DNA of 64,000 nt from Minisyncoccota bacterium (GCA_942491275.1 CALNZI010000009.1:21938-85937), one strand, 5' to 3'; shown: positions 35,258 to 44,547, counted from the stretch's first letter. Made by a program: numbers and translations. Notes: generated by a model from the sequence alone, not told the origin.

Positions 35258-37049
35258 TAAACCCAGCATTTGTTCAATTGAAAATCTTGATATTACTCCT
35301 TCTAGAATAGACAAAGGAGATTCTGCTGTAATTTCTTGGACTACAATTAATTGTAGTGATGTAAGTTTTTCAAATAATACAGGCTATGATCTACAAGGAC
35401 CTGTTGTTAAATCAGGAAGTGTTTCAGTTTCTCCTGACAGTACCACTACTTTTGCTTTAAATGTTTCTAATCAAAATAGTAATGACTATGAGGCAGTAAC
35501 ACTTACTATTGATCAACCAAAAGTTTGTTCAATAAATAGTTTTACGGCTAGGGATACTTTGATAGTTAAAGGAGATTCAACAACTTTGTTTTGGAGTACA
35601 GAGAATTGCGATCAAGCCAGCATCTCTCCGACAATAAAGAATGTTGATTTAGATGGTTCACAGTCTGTTTCACCTACTTCAACCACGACTTATACTCTAA
35701 CTGCTTCTTTAAACGGAGTACCTGAAAGGGAAGCTATTAAAATTACAGTTATTTCTGCTCCGGTGATTTGTAAAATAAATACTTTTATAGCTAGCCCTTC
35801 CACTATAGATAAAGGCAGTTCAAGTACCTTGTCTTGGTCAACGGAAGATTGTGTAACTATTAATCTTTCTGGATTTGGAGAAGTTTCTAAATCTGGGAAT
35901 AGGTCTGTTTCACCTACTTCAACCACGACTTATACTCTAACCGCTGTTGACCAGTTTAGTAGTTCTAAAAAAGAGAATGCTACTGTTAACATTAAAGAAA
36001 AAGACGACCTAGTAACTTCCGGAGTTATTACTGCGCTTGATTGTAGAATTCCACTAAACAAAAGTAGCTGTGATTCAAAATTATCTTGGAGTACCATTAA
36101 TCCAGTTGGAACTTCAGCAGTTACAACTCCTACTAATATTACGGTTAAAACAGCTAATACGAGTACCGCCGCCTATTCAATGTCCTATGGTTTTCGTCGG
36201 TTTTATCTTTATAACGATGGAGCTGAACTTGATTCAGATTTAGCTAGGGCTTCCTGTGGATCAAATATTTGGAATGGAAGCAAGTGTGTAGCACCCCCAC
36301 CCCCAGTGGAGGATCCTTCAGGAACTCTTTCTGTCGAAAGTTGTGAAATTGCTGAGGGGTTTAGTACTTGTTCTTCAAAAGTAACTTGGACAACGAAAGA
36401 TTTAACTTCTAACCCAACGGCGGTAACTAGAAATAATCCAGACGGAACGGTGGTTTCCACAAGCATCTCAGGAGCAAATGTAAGTAATGTTGTAAATTAT
36501 GGAGCAAGTACCTATTATCTTTATCATAATGCAGTTGCTTTGGCGGAATTTCCTATTAATATAAGTTGTGTTTCTGGAAATGTTTGGGATGGAAATAAAT
36601 GTGTTCAAGGCTTGTTAGCCTCTGTTGATTTGACTGCTGATCCAATGACTATTGCTATGAATAGTTCATCAATACTAAAATGGACCTCAAGAAATGTTAG
36701 TTCTTGTTCAAGTTTAGATTTTAATACAGGTGGTAATACTGCTGGACGGGCTGAAGTTGGACCACTAAGTACAACTAAGGTTTATTCTATTTCTTGTACA
36801 GGAATAAATGGGCCAACTAAAAATTCTGTGACGGTTACGGTTGATTCCACGTTACCTCCTGATGGTGGGGATTCTGGTGGAGGCGATGGAAGTGGTAGTG
36901 GAACAGGTGATGGAACTGGAACTGGTGATGGTACGGGAACTGGGACAGGTGACGGAACAGGAGACGGGACCGGAACGGGTGATGGAACTACCGATGGTGA
37001 TGGAACAGATACGGACGATTTAATAAATCCTATTTATACAGAAGTTTAG
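35139..37049 (+). CDS. Large secreted repeat protein (636 aa), surface locus gene 5
   Basis: The first 40 aa are the same as gene 4. Three ~80-aa Ig-like repeats (C.I..F.A.P..I.KG.S..L.WST..C) and two domains shared with gene 4. Gly/Asp/Thr low-complexity tail. Confidence 0.7.
   Translation: MKLTKIFFITATFLLVFFSLGLINNVSADTASDNVTVNVTKPSICSIENLDITPSRIDKGDSAVISWTTINCSDVSFSNNTGYDLQGPVVKSGSVSVSPDSTTTFALNVSNQNSNDYEAVTLTIDQPKVCSINSFTARDTLIVKGDSTTLFWSTENCDQASISPTIKNVDLDGSQSVSPTSTTTYTLTASLNGVPEREAIKITVISAPVICKINTFIASPSTIDKGSSSTLSWSTEDCVTINLSGFGEVSKSGNRSVSPTSTTTYTLTAVDQFSSSKKENATVNIKEKDDLVTSGVITALDCRIPLNKSSCDSKLSWSTINPVGTSAVTTPTNITVKTANTSTAAYSMSYGFRRFYLYNDGAELDSDLARASCGSNIWNGSKCVAPPPPVEDPSGTLSVESCEIAEGFSTCSSKVTWTTKDLTSNPTAVTRNNPDGTVVSTSISGANVSNVVNYGASTYYLYHNAVALAEFPINISCVSGNVWDGNKCVQGLLASVDLTADPMTIAMNSSSILKWTSRNVSSCSSLDFNTGGNTAGRAEVGPLSTTKVYSISCTGINGPTKNSVTVTVDSTLPPDGGDSGGGDGSGSGTGDGTGTGDGTGTGTGDGTGDGTGTGDGTTDGDGTDTDDLINPIYTEV
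36861..37018 (+). repeat. Coding low-complexity tandem repeat (GDGT/GTGD units)
   Basis: ggtgatggaactggaact-type units encoding GGDSGGGDGSGSGTGDGTGTGDGTGTGTGDGTGDGTGTGDGTTDGDGTDTDD. Confidence 0.85.
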
Positions 37050-37056
37050 AAGAAAG

Positions 37057-37091
37057 AAAAATGTCCTCGACTTACAAGTCGGGGACATTTG
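37057..37091 (+). terminator. Intrinsic terminator of surface gene 5
   Basis: ATGTCCTCGACTT ac AAGTCGGGGACAT followed by TTT. Confidence 0.75.
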
Positions 37092-37096
37092 ATTTG

Positions 37097-37163
37097 ACCC
37101 CCACCTATATTTTTATTGCAGGTATCCCCGCGTTGAAAACTATAAAAATATAGGTGTGGGGGT
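37097..37163 (+). other. 20-bp-stem hairpin abutting the tuf promoter -35 box
   Basis: ACCCCCAC-CTATATTTTTAT ...24-nt loop... ATAAAAATATAG-gt-GTGGGGGT. The 3' arm runs into TTGACT. Confidence 0.6.
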
Positions 37164-37190
37164 TGACTTTATTTTGCCATTTGCTAGTAT
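37163..37190 (+). promoter_or_regulatory. tuf/S10-operon promoter TTGACT-N16-TGcTAGTAT
   Basis: About 35 nt are shared nearly verbatim with 42313-42349 (gggggtTGACTTTtATTTT..aTTTGCTAGTATA). Confidence 0.7.
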
Positions 37191-37285
37191 AAGGGCACTT
37201 AAATTTTATTAATAATTTATGTTGGTAGTTAGAATAGAGTATTAATTATTATCTACTCTGTTATGATTATCAACCAATAATAAAT

Positions 37286-38485
37286 ATGGCAGAAGAATTT
37301 AACAGAGACAAGCCTCACGTAAACGTGGGAACTATTGGTCACGTTGACCATGGTAAAACTACATTAACAGCTGCAATCTTGCAGGTTCTTTCTCGTGAAG
37401 GAGGAGAGCATGGTGCAAAAATTAAAGGTGTTGATCAAATTGACTCAGCTCCCGAAGAAAAAGCTCGTGGTATTACCATTGCTTTATCTCATAATGAATA
37501 TTGGACACCAACACGTCACTACGCTCACATTGATGCGCCAGGACACGCCGACTATATTAAAAACATGATTACTGGAGCTGCCCAAATGGACGGTGCTGTT
37601 CTTGTTGTTGCTGCTACAGATGGAGCGATGCCTCAAACTCGAGAGCACGTTCTTCTTGCTAAACAAGTTAACGTTCCAAAGATGATTGTTTTCCTAAACA
37701 AATGCGACATGGTTGATGATAAGGATATGATTGACCTAGTTGAAGAAGAAGTTCGTGAACTTCTTACAAAACAAGGATTTGATGGTGCCAATGCTCCAGT
37801 TATCCGTGGTTCAGCTCTTAAAGCTCTTGAAGCAACTGATAATAGTGATGAGAACTCAAAGAGTATTCTTGAATTAATTAACGCTCTAGATACTTATATT
37901 CCAGTTCCAGAACGTGATGTTTCAAAACCTTTCTTAATGCCAATTGAAGATATTTTCTCAATTGAAGGACGTGGAACTGTTGTAACTGGTAAGATTGACC
38001 GCGGGGTTATTAAGGTTGGAGAAGAAATTGAAATTGTTGGTATTAAGGAAACAGTTAAGACAACTGTTACTGGTATTGAAATGTTCAATAAAAACTTAAA
38101 AGAAGGAATGGCTGGAGATAATGCTGGAATTCTTGTTCGTGGTATCAAAAAAGAAGATATTCATCGAGGACAGGTTTTGGTAAAACCAGGAACTGTTACT
38201 CCTCATGCTGAATTTGAATGTGAAGTTTACGTTCTAAAGAAGGAAGAAGGCGGTCGCCACACTCCATTCTTTACAGGATATAAACCTCAATTCTACATTC
38301 GTACAACAGACGTAACCGGAGAATCAGCTCTTCCTGAAGGAGTAGAGATGGTTATGCCAGGTGACACAGTGAAACTTTCAGTTAAACTTGTAACTCCTGT
38401 CGCTCTTGAAGAACAAATGCACTTTGCTATTCGAGAAGGTGGAAAGACAGTTGGAGCCGGAGTTGTCACAAAAATCATTAAATAG
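37286..38485 (+). CDS. tuf: Elongation factor Tu
   Basis: [18 protein letters not shown] and NKCD motifs. 399 aa. Confidence 0.98.
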   Translation: MAEEFNRDKPHVNVGTIGHVDHGKTTLTAAILQVLSREGGEHGAKIKGVDQIDSAPEEKARGITIALSHNEYWTPTRHYAHIDAPGHADYIKNMITGAAQMDGAVLVVAATDGAMPQTREHVLLAKQVNVPKMIVFLNKCDMVDDKDMIDLVEEEVRELLTKQGFDGANAPVIRGSALKALEATDNSDENSKSILELINALDTYIPVPERDVSKPFLMPIEDIFSIEGRGTVVTGKIDRGVIKVGEEIEIVGIKETVKTTVTGIEMFNKNLKEGMAGDNAGILVRGIKKEDIHRGQVLVKPGTVTPHAEFECEVYVLKKEEGGRHTPFFTGYKPQFYIRTTDVTGESALPEGVEMVMPGDTVKLSVKLVTPVALEEQMHFAIREGGKTVGAGVVTKIIK

Positions 38486-38521
38486 ACTTAGTTTTATTCA
38501 GTTCTTTCTAACAACGAACAT

Positions 38522-38899
38522 ATGACCACAAAGAAAACACCATCAACAGATGGAAAAACAAAAACAAAAGTAAAAAAAGGGAAAGAAGACGTAGTTGTTC
38601 AACTTCGTATTCGTGTACGAGCCTATGAAAATAAGATTCTTGACACTTCCGTTAAGCAGATTATAGATACAGCTCTACGTTACGATGCGAAAATAGTTGG
38701 ACCCATTCCCCTTCCCACTGAAATCAAGAAATATACTGTTAACCGTGCATCGTTTGTTTTTAAGGATGCCCGTGAACAGTTTGAAATCAGAATTCACAAA
38801 CGTGTTATCGATATTCTGAATCCAAATCAAAAGACAATCGAAGCACTTACAAATCTATCATTACCTTCTGGTGTTGATATTGATGTAAAAATGATGTAA
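38522..38899 (+). CDS. rpsJ: 30S ribosomal protein S10 (Lys-rich N-terminal extension)
   Basis: LRIRVRAYENKILDTSVKQIIDTA...GPIPLPT. Confidence 0.95.
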   Translation: MTTKKTPSTDGKTKTKVKKGKEDVVVQLRIRVRAYENKILDTSVKQIIDTALRYDAKIVGPIPLPTEIKKYTVNRASFVFKDAREQFEIRIHKRVIDILNPNQKTIEALTNLSLPSGVDIDVKMM

Positions 38900-38975
38900 T
38901 TAAATTAACTTAGAAAATAGACATGGGAATTAACTAAGGTTCTGAACCAGAGTTAGGTTCTGTGTATTACTTATT

Positions 38976-39593
38976 ATGAAATTTATCCTAGGAAAAAAAC
39001 AGAATATGACGCAATGCTTCGGAGAAGACGGAAATGTTATTCCTGTCACGGTTATTTCAGCTGGTCCGCTAGTTGTGACGCAAGTTAAAAACCCTGACAT
39101 TGATGGATATACTGCCGTACAGGTGGCATTTGAAGAACAAAAAGAAAGTCGAGCGACAAAGGCTCATCTTGGACATGTAAAATCTGCCACTGCGGAAAAG
39201 AAAGGAGCTTTTAAGCACCTTCGTGAATTCCGTGATACAGAAGAAGTTGCTACTGGTGACAGAATCACAGTTTCAGTCTTTAATGTTGGTGATATTGTTA
39301 CAGTTTCAGGCCTTTCAAAGGGAAAAGGATTCCAGGGTGTTGTTAAACGTCATGGATTCCACGGAGGACCACGAACTCACGGACAGAAACACTCTGAACG
39401 TGAACCTGGTTCTATTGGAGCCGGAGGGTTACAAAGAGTTATGAAAGGAATGAAAATGGCTGGACGAATGGGTGGAGATAGAATTACTGTTAAAAATTTA
39501 GAAGTGATTGGTGTTGATGAAAAAAATAATGAATTATTAATTAAGGGTGCAATTCCAGGGCGACGTGGAACGCTGGTGGAAATTATCGGCTAA
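38976..39593 (+). CDS. rplC: 50S ribosomal protein L3
   Basis: [10 protein letters not shown]...[19 protein letters not shown]. Confidence 0.95.
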   Translation: MKFILGKKQNMTQCFGEDGNVIPVTVISAGPLVVTQVKNPDIDGYTAVQVAFEEQKESRATKAHLGHVKSATAEKKGAFKHLREFRDTEEVATGDRITVSVFNVGDIVTVSGLSKGKGFQGVVKRHGFHGGPRTHGQKHSEREPGSIGAGGLQRVMKGMKMAGRMGGDRITVKNLEVIGVDEKNNELLIKGAIPGRRGTLVEIIG

Positions 39594-39595
39594 AT

Positions 39596-40279
39596 ATGGA
39601 AACACAAATATACAACCAAAAAGGTAAATCTGTTGGTAAGTTAAATCTCCCTGAATCAATTTTTGGTATTCCTTGGAATGGAGATTTAGTTCATCAAGTA
39701 GTAACTGCCATGCAAGCTAATGCTCGCACTCCAGTTGCTCACACAAAAGATCGTTCAGAAGTTAGAGGAGGAGGTAAAAAACCTTGGAGACAAAAAGGAA
39801 CAGGTCGTGCTCGTCACGGATCAAGCCGTTCCCCAATTTGGGCTGGAGGTGGAGTTGCTCATGGACCTCGTAATGAGAAAGATTATAGTCAGAAAATTAA
39901 TAAAAAAATGAAAGTGAAAGCTTTGTATACTGTTTTGTCTGAGAAATTCCGCAAAGGACAGATTCTTTTTGTCGAAGAATTAGATCTTAAAAACATTAAA
40001 ACAAAGGATGCAGTAGAAATTGTTAGCAATCTTAGTGCCGTTGAAGGCTTCGGAAGAATTGTTGGTGGGAAAAAAGTGAACACTTATATTACCGTTCCAG
40101 CTAAAAAAGATGAGCTTAAGAAAAGTTTTGCTAATATAAAAACAGTTAAACTTGATGAAGTTCGCAATATTAATCCAGTTGATTTACTAGCTTGTCGATA
40201 TATTATTATTTCTCATCCAACCGAGAGTTTTGCTTTTTTGGGAGGAAAGAATGAGAAGAAAGTAGTAAGTAGTAAGTAG
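39596..40279 (+). CDS. rplD: 50S ribosomal protein L4
   Basis: GGGKKPWRQKGTGRARHGSSRSPIWAGGGVAHGP. Confidence 0.95.
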   Translation: METQIYNQKGKSVGKLNLPESIFGIPWNGDLVHQVVTAMQANARTPVAHTKDRSEVRGGGKKPWRQKGTGRARHGSSRSPIWAGGGVAHGPRNEKDYSQKINKKMKVKALYTVLSEKFRKGQILFVEELDLKNIKTKDAVEIVSNLSAVEGFGRIVGGKKVNTYITVPAKKDELKKSFANIKTVKLDEVRNINPVDLLACRYIIISHPTESFAFLGGKNEKKVVSSK

Positions 40280-40298
40280 TAAAGGGAAGATTAAAATT

Positions 40299-40676
40299 AT
40301 GAAAAAAGAAACAACAAAAAAAGAGGAAGAAAAAGTAGTTAAATCAAAAAAGATTGCATCTTCTAAAGATTCCAAGGAGGTGAAAAAGGAAGATAAAAAA
40401 ACAAAAACTCATCCATTAATAAAAGGGATGCGTATTACTGAAAAATCTTCTCTTTCTGCTGATAACGGGAGATATACTTTTAATGTGGCTATGAACGCTA
40501 ATAAAAGTGAAATTAAAAAAGCTATTGAATTACTTTATAAAGTTACTGTAGTTAAAGTTACTATTACTCAGATCACAAAAAAGAATGTTGTTCGTCGTGG
40601 TGTAATTGGAACTAAAAGTGCTGGTAAAAAAGCGGTCGTGCATTTAAAGAAAGGCGATAAAATAGAATTTGTCTAG
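40299..40676 (+). CDS. rplW: 50S ribosomal protein L23 (Lys-rich N-terminal extension)
   Basis: ITEKSS...YTFNVAMNANKSEIKKAIELLYKVTVVKV. Position in the operon. Confidence 0.9.
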   Translation: MKKETTKKEEEKVVKSKKIASSKDSKEVKKEDKKTKTHPLIKGMRITEKSSLSADNGRYTFNVAMNANKSEIKKAIELLYKVTVVKVTITQITKKNVVRRGVIGTKSAGKKAVVHLKKGDKIEFV

Positions 40677-40683
40677 AAATATT

Positions 40684-41532
40684 ATGAAAACTTATAAACC
40701 AACAACACCATCAAAACGTCATCAAACCACTGTTTCATACAGAGGAGTCTTAACCAAGAGTGAACCAGAGAAATCTTTAACTCATGGATTCAAGAGATCC
40801 GTTGGGCGTAATCACCACGGACGTATTACTACTCGTCATAAGGGAGGTGGACATAAGCGTCTTTATCGAGATATAGATTTTAAATATAATAAACATGATA
40901 TTCCTGCGAAGATAACTTCCATTGAATATGATCCAAATCGAAATGCCTTTATTGGTCTAGCAGTCTATGCTGATGGCGAAAAGAGATATGTGATTGTCCC
41001 TAAAGAAGTTAAGGTTGGAGATAAATTTATTGTTGGGGAAAAGGCTCCTGTAACTATAGGTAATCGTTTACCACTTAAATTAATTCCAGTTGGAACTTTT
41101 GTTTACAATATTGAAATTAAACCAGAGAATGGAAGTAAGTTAGCTCGTTCAGCTGGAACCTTTGCTCAGGTTATTGCTAATGATGCAGGTTATACTAATT
41201 TAAAGATGCCTTCATCTGAAGTTAGAAAAGTTTCAGAAAATTGTTATGCTTGTATTGGAGAAGTTTCAAATTCAGAATATAAATTACAAAATTTTGGTAA
41301 AGCTGGACGTTCTCGTTGGAAAGGTATTCGACCTACAGTGAGAGGAAGTGCTATGAACCCAGTTGATCACCCATATGGAGGAGGTGAAGGGGCTCAAGGA
41401 CGAGGTTTGCGTAGAGCTAAGACTAAATGGGGTAAGCCGTCAGGAAAAGGACAGAAAACTCGTACACCGAAGAAATATTCAAATATGCATATTGTTTCTC
41501 GTAGAAAAGTTGGAAAGAAAAAAAGTAAATAG
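40684..41532 (+). CDS. rplB: 50S ribosomal protein L2
   Basis: GRNHHGRITTRHKGGGHKRLYR...RGSAMNPVDHPYGGGEG. Start set at MKTYKPTTPS. Confidence 0.96.
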   Translation: MKTYKPTTPSKRHQTTVSYRGVLTKSEPEKSLTHGFKRSVGRNHHGRITTRHKGGGHKRLYRDIDFKYNKHDIPAKITSIEYDPNRNAFIGLAVYADGEKRYVIVPKEVKVGDKFIVGEKAPVTIGNRLPLKLIPVGTFVYNIEIKPENGSKLARSAGTFAQVIANDAGYTNLKMPSSEVRKVSENCYACIGEVSNSEYKLQNFGKAGRSRWKGIRPTVRGSAMNPVDHPYGGGEGAQGRGLRRAKTKWGKPSGKGQKTRTPKKYSNMHIVSRRKVGKKKSK

Positions 41533-41534
41533 AA

Positions 41535-41563
41535 TAAAAAAATCCCCTTTTGGGGATTTTTTG
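41535..41563 (+). terminator. Intrinsic terminator after L2 (splits the S10 operon)
   Basis: ATCCCC tttt GGGGAT flanked by A7 and T6. Confidence 0.8.
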
Positions 41564-41578
41564 TTGTATAATGTAAAA

Positions 41579-41986
41579 ATGGAAAAAGAAGTAAATAAAA
41601 AACTGTCAGAGAAAAAGAGGTTTTCAATTGTTGCTCGTGCTAAGAGTTTTACTCATGCTTTTCGTGGGATTGGAATTATAATAAAAACTACTCATAATTT
41701 TTGGGTCCAGATCTTTTTTGCTGCAGTGGCTATTTTATTAGGTTTTATTCTAAAAATATCTCACGTAGAATGGATATTAATTATTTTTGTAATAGGATTC
41801 GTACTGGTTGCCGAGGCTTTTAATACAGCAATTGAAATAGATATTGATTTAACTAGTCCTAATTACCACCCCTATGCTCGTGATATTAAAGATGTTTCTG
41901 CTGGAGCTGTTTTACTATCTGTAATTGCTGCTTGTGTCATTGGTCTAATAATTTTCTTCCCTAAAATTTTAGCATTGTATATATAA
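41579..41986 (+). CDS. dgkA: DgkA-family lipid kinase (diacylglycerol/undecaprenol kinase-like)
   Basis: RAKSFTHAFRGI...EAFNTAIE...D.SAGAV with three TM helices. Start set at MEKEVNKK (TATAAT plus 6 nt). The ORF-track N-terminus overlaps L2 out of frame. Confidence 0.75.
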   Translation: MEKEVNKKLSEKKRFSIVARAKSFTHAFRGIGIIIKTTHNFWVQIFFAAVAILLGFILKISHVEWILIIFVIGFVLVAEAFNTAIEIDIDLTSPNYHPYARDIKDVSAGAVLLSVIAACVIGLIIFFPKILALYI

Positions 41987-42016
41987 AAAAATCCCACGGA
42001 GATGGGATTTTAATTT

Positions 42017-42241
42017 TTATTTTCGGATCTTTTTTTGTAATCTTCCTATATATATTGAAGAAAAAACAAAAACGGCAATCATTCCTAATAAGAAAAGAAA
42101 TGAACACTTTTTAACAATAGGGCTACATTCAAGACCTATCATATCAAAGAGAGTAATCATTCCTAAAATAAATGCAGTGAAGCCGATTAGAGTTAGAAAT
42201 AAGACAATTAATCTTGCTTTAAATATTTGTTGTCGAGTCAT
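42017..42241 (-). CDS. Small two-TM membrane protein (74 aa)
   Basis: Two hydrophobic helices. Shares a terminator with dgkA. Lies opposite to the flanking ribosomal genes. Confidence 0.45.
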   Translation of the reverse strand: MTRQQIFKARLIVLFLTLIGFTAFILGMITLFDMIGLECSPIVKKCSFLFLLGMIAVFVFSSIYIGRLQKKIRK

Positions 42242-42319
42242 AATTTTCTCCTTTAGTTAGTGAATGGTACAATTTTTTCTTTACTTTACATGTTTGAGTG
42301 TTGGTTTGCAAGGGGGTTG

Positions 42320-42347
42320 TTGACTTTTATTTTATATTTGCTAGTAT
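42320..42347 (+). promoter_or_regulatory. S19-L5 operon promoter TTGACT-N16-TGcTAGTAT
   Basis: Near-identical to the tuf promoter. Confidence 0.7.
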
Positions 42348-42380
42348 AGGTGCTACGAGCTCAAGAGAGCTTTATTTATT

Positions 42381-42722
42381 ATGACAAGATCACTTAAGAA
42401 AGGTCCATATGTTGATGAAAGGCTATTAAAGAAAATAGCCGGCAAAAAACCTTTGGAAACAGGTACAATCAAGACCTGGTCACGAGCTTGTGTTATTTCC
42501 CCAGAAATGGTGGGCTTCACTTTTGGAGTTCATAATGGGAAACAACATATTGAAGTTCTAGCCAGTGAAGATATGGTTGGACATCGATTAGGTGAGTTCT
42601 CTCCAACTCGTAAGTTCGTCAGACATGGAGGTAAAATGCAGAAAGAGTTAGAGATTAAGAGAAAAGAAGCTGAAATTCAAGCAGCAAAATCAGCTAAAGC
42701 TTCAACCGATTCAAAGAAATAA
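42381..42722 (+). CDS. rpsS: 30S ribosomal protein S19
   Basis: [18 protein letters not shown]...HNGKQHIEV...[15 protein letters not shown]. Confidence 0.96.
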   Translation: MTRSLKKGPYVDERLLKKIAGKKPLETGTIKTWSRACVISPEMVGFTFGVHNGKQHIEVLASEDMVGHRLGEFSPTRKFVRHGGKMQKELEIKRKEAEIQAAKSAKASTDSKK

Positions 42723-42731
42723 AAAACGAAT

Positions 42732-43184
42732 ATGAAAGCATTTTTAAAAAATTACAGACAGTCTCCTCGCAAAGTCAGACTAGTGGCGGGACTTATCAAA
42801 GGCAAAAGGGTTGCCGACGCTTTTGTTCATCTTGGTGCTTTATCAAAGCGTGCTTCTGATCCTATTAATAAACTATTAGTTTCAGCTGTATCTAATGCTA
42901 AGCAAGCCGGAGCCTCAGAAGAAAATCTTTACATTGAAAACCTTACCGTTAATAAGGGTGTTGTTTTAAAGAGAAGTAGACCACGAGCTCGTGGAAGTGC
43001 TTCTCGCATCAATAAAAGAACAAGTCATGTGATGCTTAATCTTTCAGAAAAAGTTATTGCGGAGAAAAAGGCAGCTCCCGTTGAAAAACCTGAAGAGAAG
43101 AAGGTTGAGAAAGTTGCAGAAGTAAAAAAAGAAGAGAAAAAAGTTGTTAAAAAAACTAAAGTAGCTGAAAAAGCTAAAAAATAA
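42732..43184 (+). CDS. rplV: 50S ribosomal protein L22 (Lys/Glu-rich C-terminal extension)
   Basis: RQSPRKVRLVAGLIKGKRV..A...L...KRSRPRARGSASRINKRTSH. Confidence 0.93.
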   Translation: MKAFLKNYRQSPRKVRLVAGLIKGKRVADAFVHLGALSKRASDPINKLLVSAVSNAKQAGASEENLYIENLTVNKGVVLKRSRPRARGSASRINKRTSHVMLNLSEKVIAEKKAAPVEKPEEKKVEKVAEVKKEEKKVVKKTKVAEKAKK

Positions 43185-43190
43185 TATTAT

Positions 43191-43850
43191 ATGTCAAAAA
43201 TAGTTCACCCATATGCACATAGATTAGTAATCCTCCGCGACTGGAAGTCACGCTGGTTTGCTGATAAAAAATATAAAACTCTTTTAGAGAGCGATGTTGT
43301 TATTCGTGAATTTTTAGTAAAAAGACTTCGTGGTTTTTATCTTTCCCGTATTGAAATTGAACGCGATGCTAAATCAACAAAGATAATGGTTCATACTTCA
43401 CGACCCGGAATGATTATTGGCCGCTCTGGTGAAGGAGCCACAAAACTTAGAGGTGATTTAGTTACTCGAATGAAAAAGAGAGGGATAGAAGTCCCTGAAG
43501 ATTTGAAGTTTGATATCGTTGAAGTTACAAATCCAGATGCCGACGCAGCCATTGTGGCCTGTGCCATTGCCGAAGGCTTAGAAAAACGTCTTCCATATCG
43601 TAGAGTTATAAAACAAGCAATCGAAAAGGTTATGTCAGCCAATGGAGTTAAGGGAGCCCGTATTTATTTGGGGGGTCGTTTAAATGGAGCTGAAATCGCT
43701 CGTAGTGAGCAGGTTAAACGTGGGTCCATTCCACTTCAGACATTTAGAGCTGATGTTGATTTTGCTCGTGAAAAAGCACATATGCCATACGGTTGTATTG
43801 GAATAAAGGTATGGATTTACCGAGGAGAGGTTTTTGAAAAAGCTAAGTAA
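43191..43850 (+). CDS. rpsC: 30S ribosomal protein S3
   Basis: KIVHPYAHRL....W.SRWFA...RPGMIIGRSGEG (KH domain)...GRLNGAEIARSE. Confidence 0.96.
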   Translation: MSKIVHPYAHRLVILRDWKSRWFADKKYKTLLESDVVIREFLVKRLRGFYLSRIEIERDAKSTKIMVHTSRPGMIIGRSGEGATKLRGDLVTRMKKRGIEVPEDLKFDIVEVTNPDADAAIVACAIAEGLEKRLPYRRVIKQAIEKVMSANGVKGARIYLGGRLNGAEIARSEQVKRGSIPLQTFRADVDFAREKAHMPYGCIGIKVWIYRGEVFEKAK

Positions 43851-43880
43851 TCTACCTGCATAGACAGGTTTAAATATTTT

Positions 43881-44297
43881 ATGTTAACACCGAAAAAAGT
43901 AAAATTTAGAAAATGGCAAACAGGACGAAAGGACATGAAAAAAGTCACTCCTGCTACTCGTGGTATCACAGTTGCCTTTGGTTCTTTTGGTTTGAAAGCT
44001 ACCACAGGTGGACGTGTTCGTTCAAATCAAATAGAGGCAGCTCGTAAGGTTACTTCTAGAACAATGGGTAAAACAGGAAGAATGTGGATTAGAATTTTCC
44101 CCGACAGACCTTTTACAGCAAAGCCAGCTGAAGTGGGAATGGGAAAAGGTAAAGGGGACCCACAGGGATATTGTTTAGATATTCGTCCCGGCCGAGTTTT
44201 ATTTGAAGTTGATGGAGTTACTCCAGCAATCGCTAAAGAAGCTTTACGTAAAGCTGGAACTAAATTACCAGTAAACACTCGCATTGTTGCGCGATAA
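43881..44297 (+). CDS. rplP: 50S ribosomal protein L16
   Basis: [16 protein letters not shown]...IEAARKV..R......[22 protein letters not shown]. Confidence 0.96.
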   Translation: MLTPKKVKFRKWQTGRKDMKKVTPATRGITVAFGSFGLKATTGGRVRSNQIEAARKVTSRTMGKTGRMWIRIFPDRPFTAKPAEVGMGKGKGDPQGYCLDIRPGRVLFEVDGVTPAIAKEALRKAGTKLPVNTRIVAR

Positions 44298-44301
44298 TAT
44301 T

Positions 44302-44547
44302 ATGGAAAAAGAAATTAAAAAAGAAAAAAAGATTTTAAAGGGAGTTGTGGTTTCAGATAAGATGGATAAGACCGTTGTTGTTAAGGTTACTCGATTTGTT
44401 GAGCACTCTAAGTATGGGAAGAGAGTTAAGAAAAACAAAACATACAAAGCCCACGATGAGAATAATGAAAAAAAGGTTGGAGATAGGGTTGAAATAGAAG
44501 AGACAAAGCCCATGTCAAAGGATAAGCATTTTATAATTAAAGGTTAA
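44302..44547 (+). CDS. rpsQ: 30S ribosomal protein S17
   Basis: [64 protein letters not shown]. Starts 4 nt after the L16 stop. Confidence 0.94.
   Translation: MEKEIKKEKKILKGVVVSDKMDKTVVVKVTRFVEHSKYGKRVKKNKTYKAHDENNEKKVGDRVEIEETKPMSKDKHFIIKG

Noticed and set aside
36861-37018. Short tandem repeats that could be mistaken for a CRISPR or minisatellite array.
   Set aside because: The units are about 18 nt, degenerate, have no spacers, and lie in frame within gene 5, encoding a GDGT low-complexity tail. No CRISPR array or cas gene is present in the window.
41363-41578. Long N-terminus of the 207-aa ORF overlapping the 3' end of L2.
   Set aside because: It is out of frame with L2 and crosses the L2 terminator. 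The DgkA-like sequence starts at MEKEVNKK (41579), behind its own -10 box.
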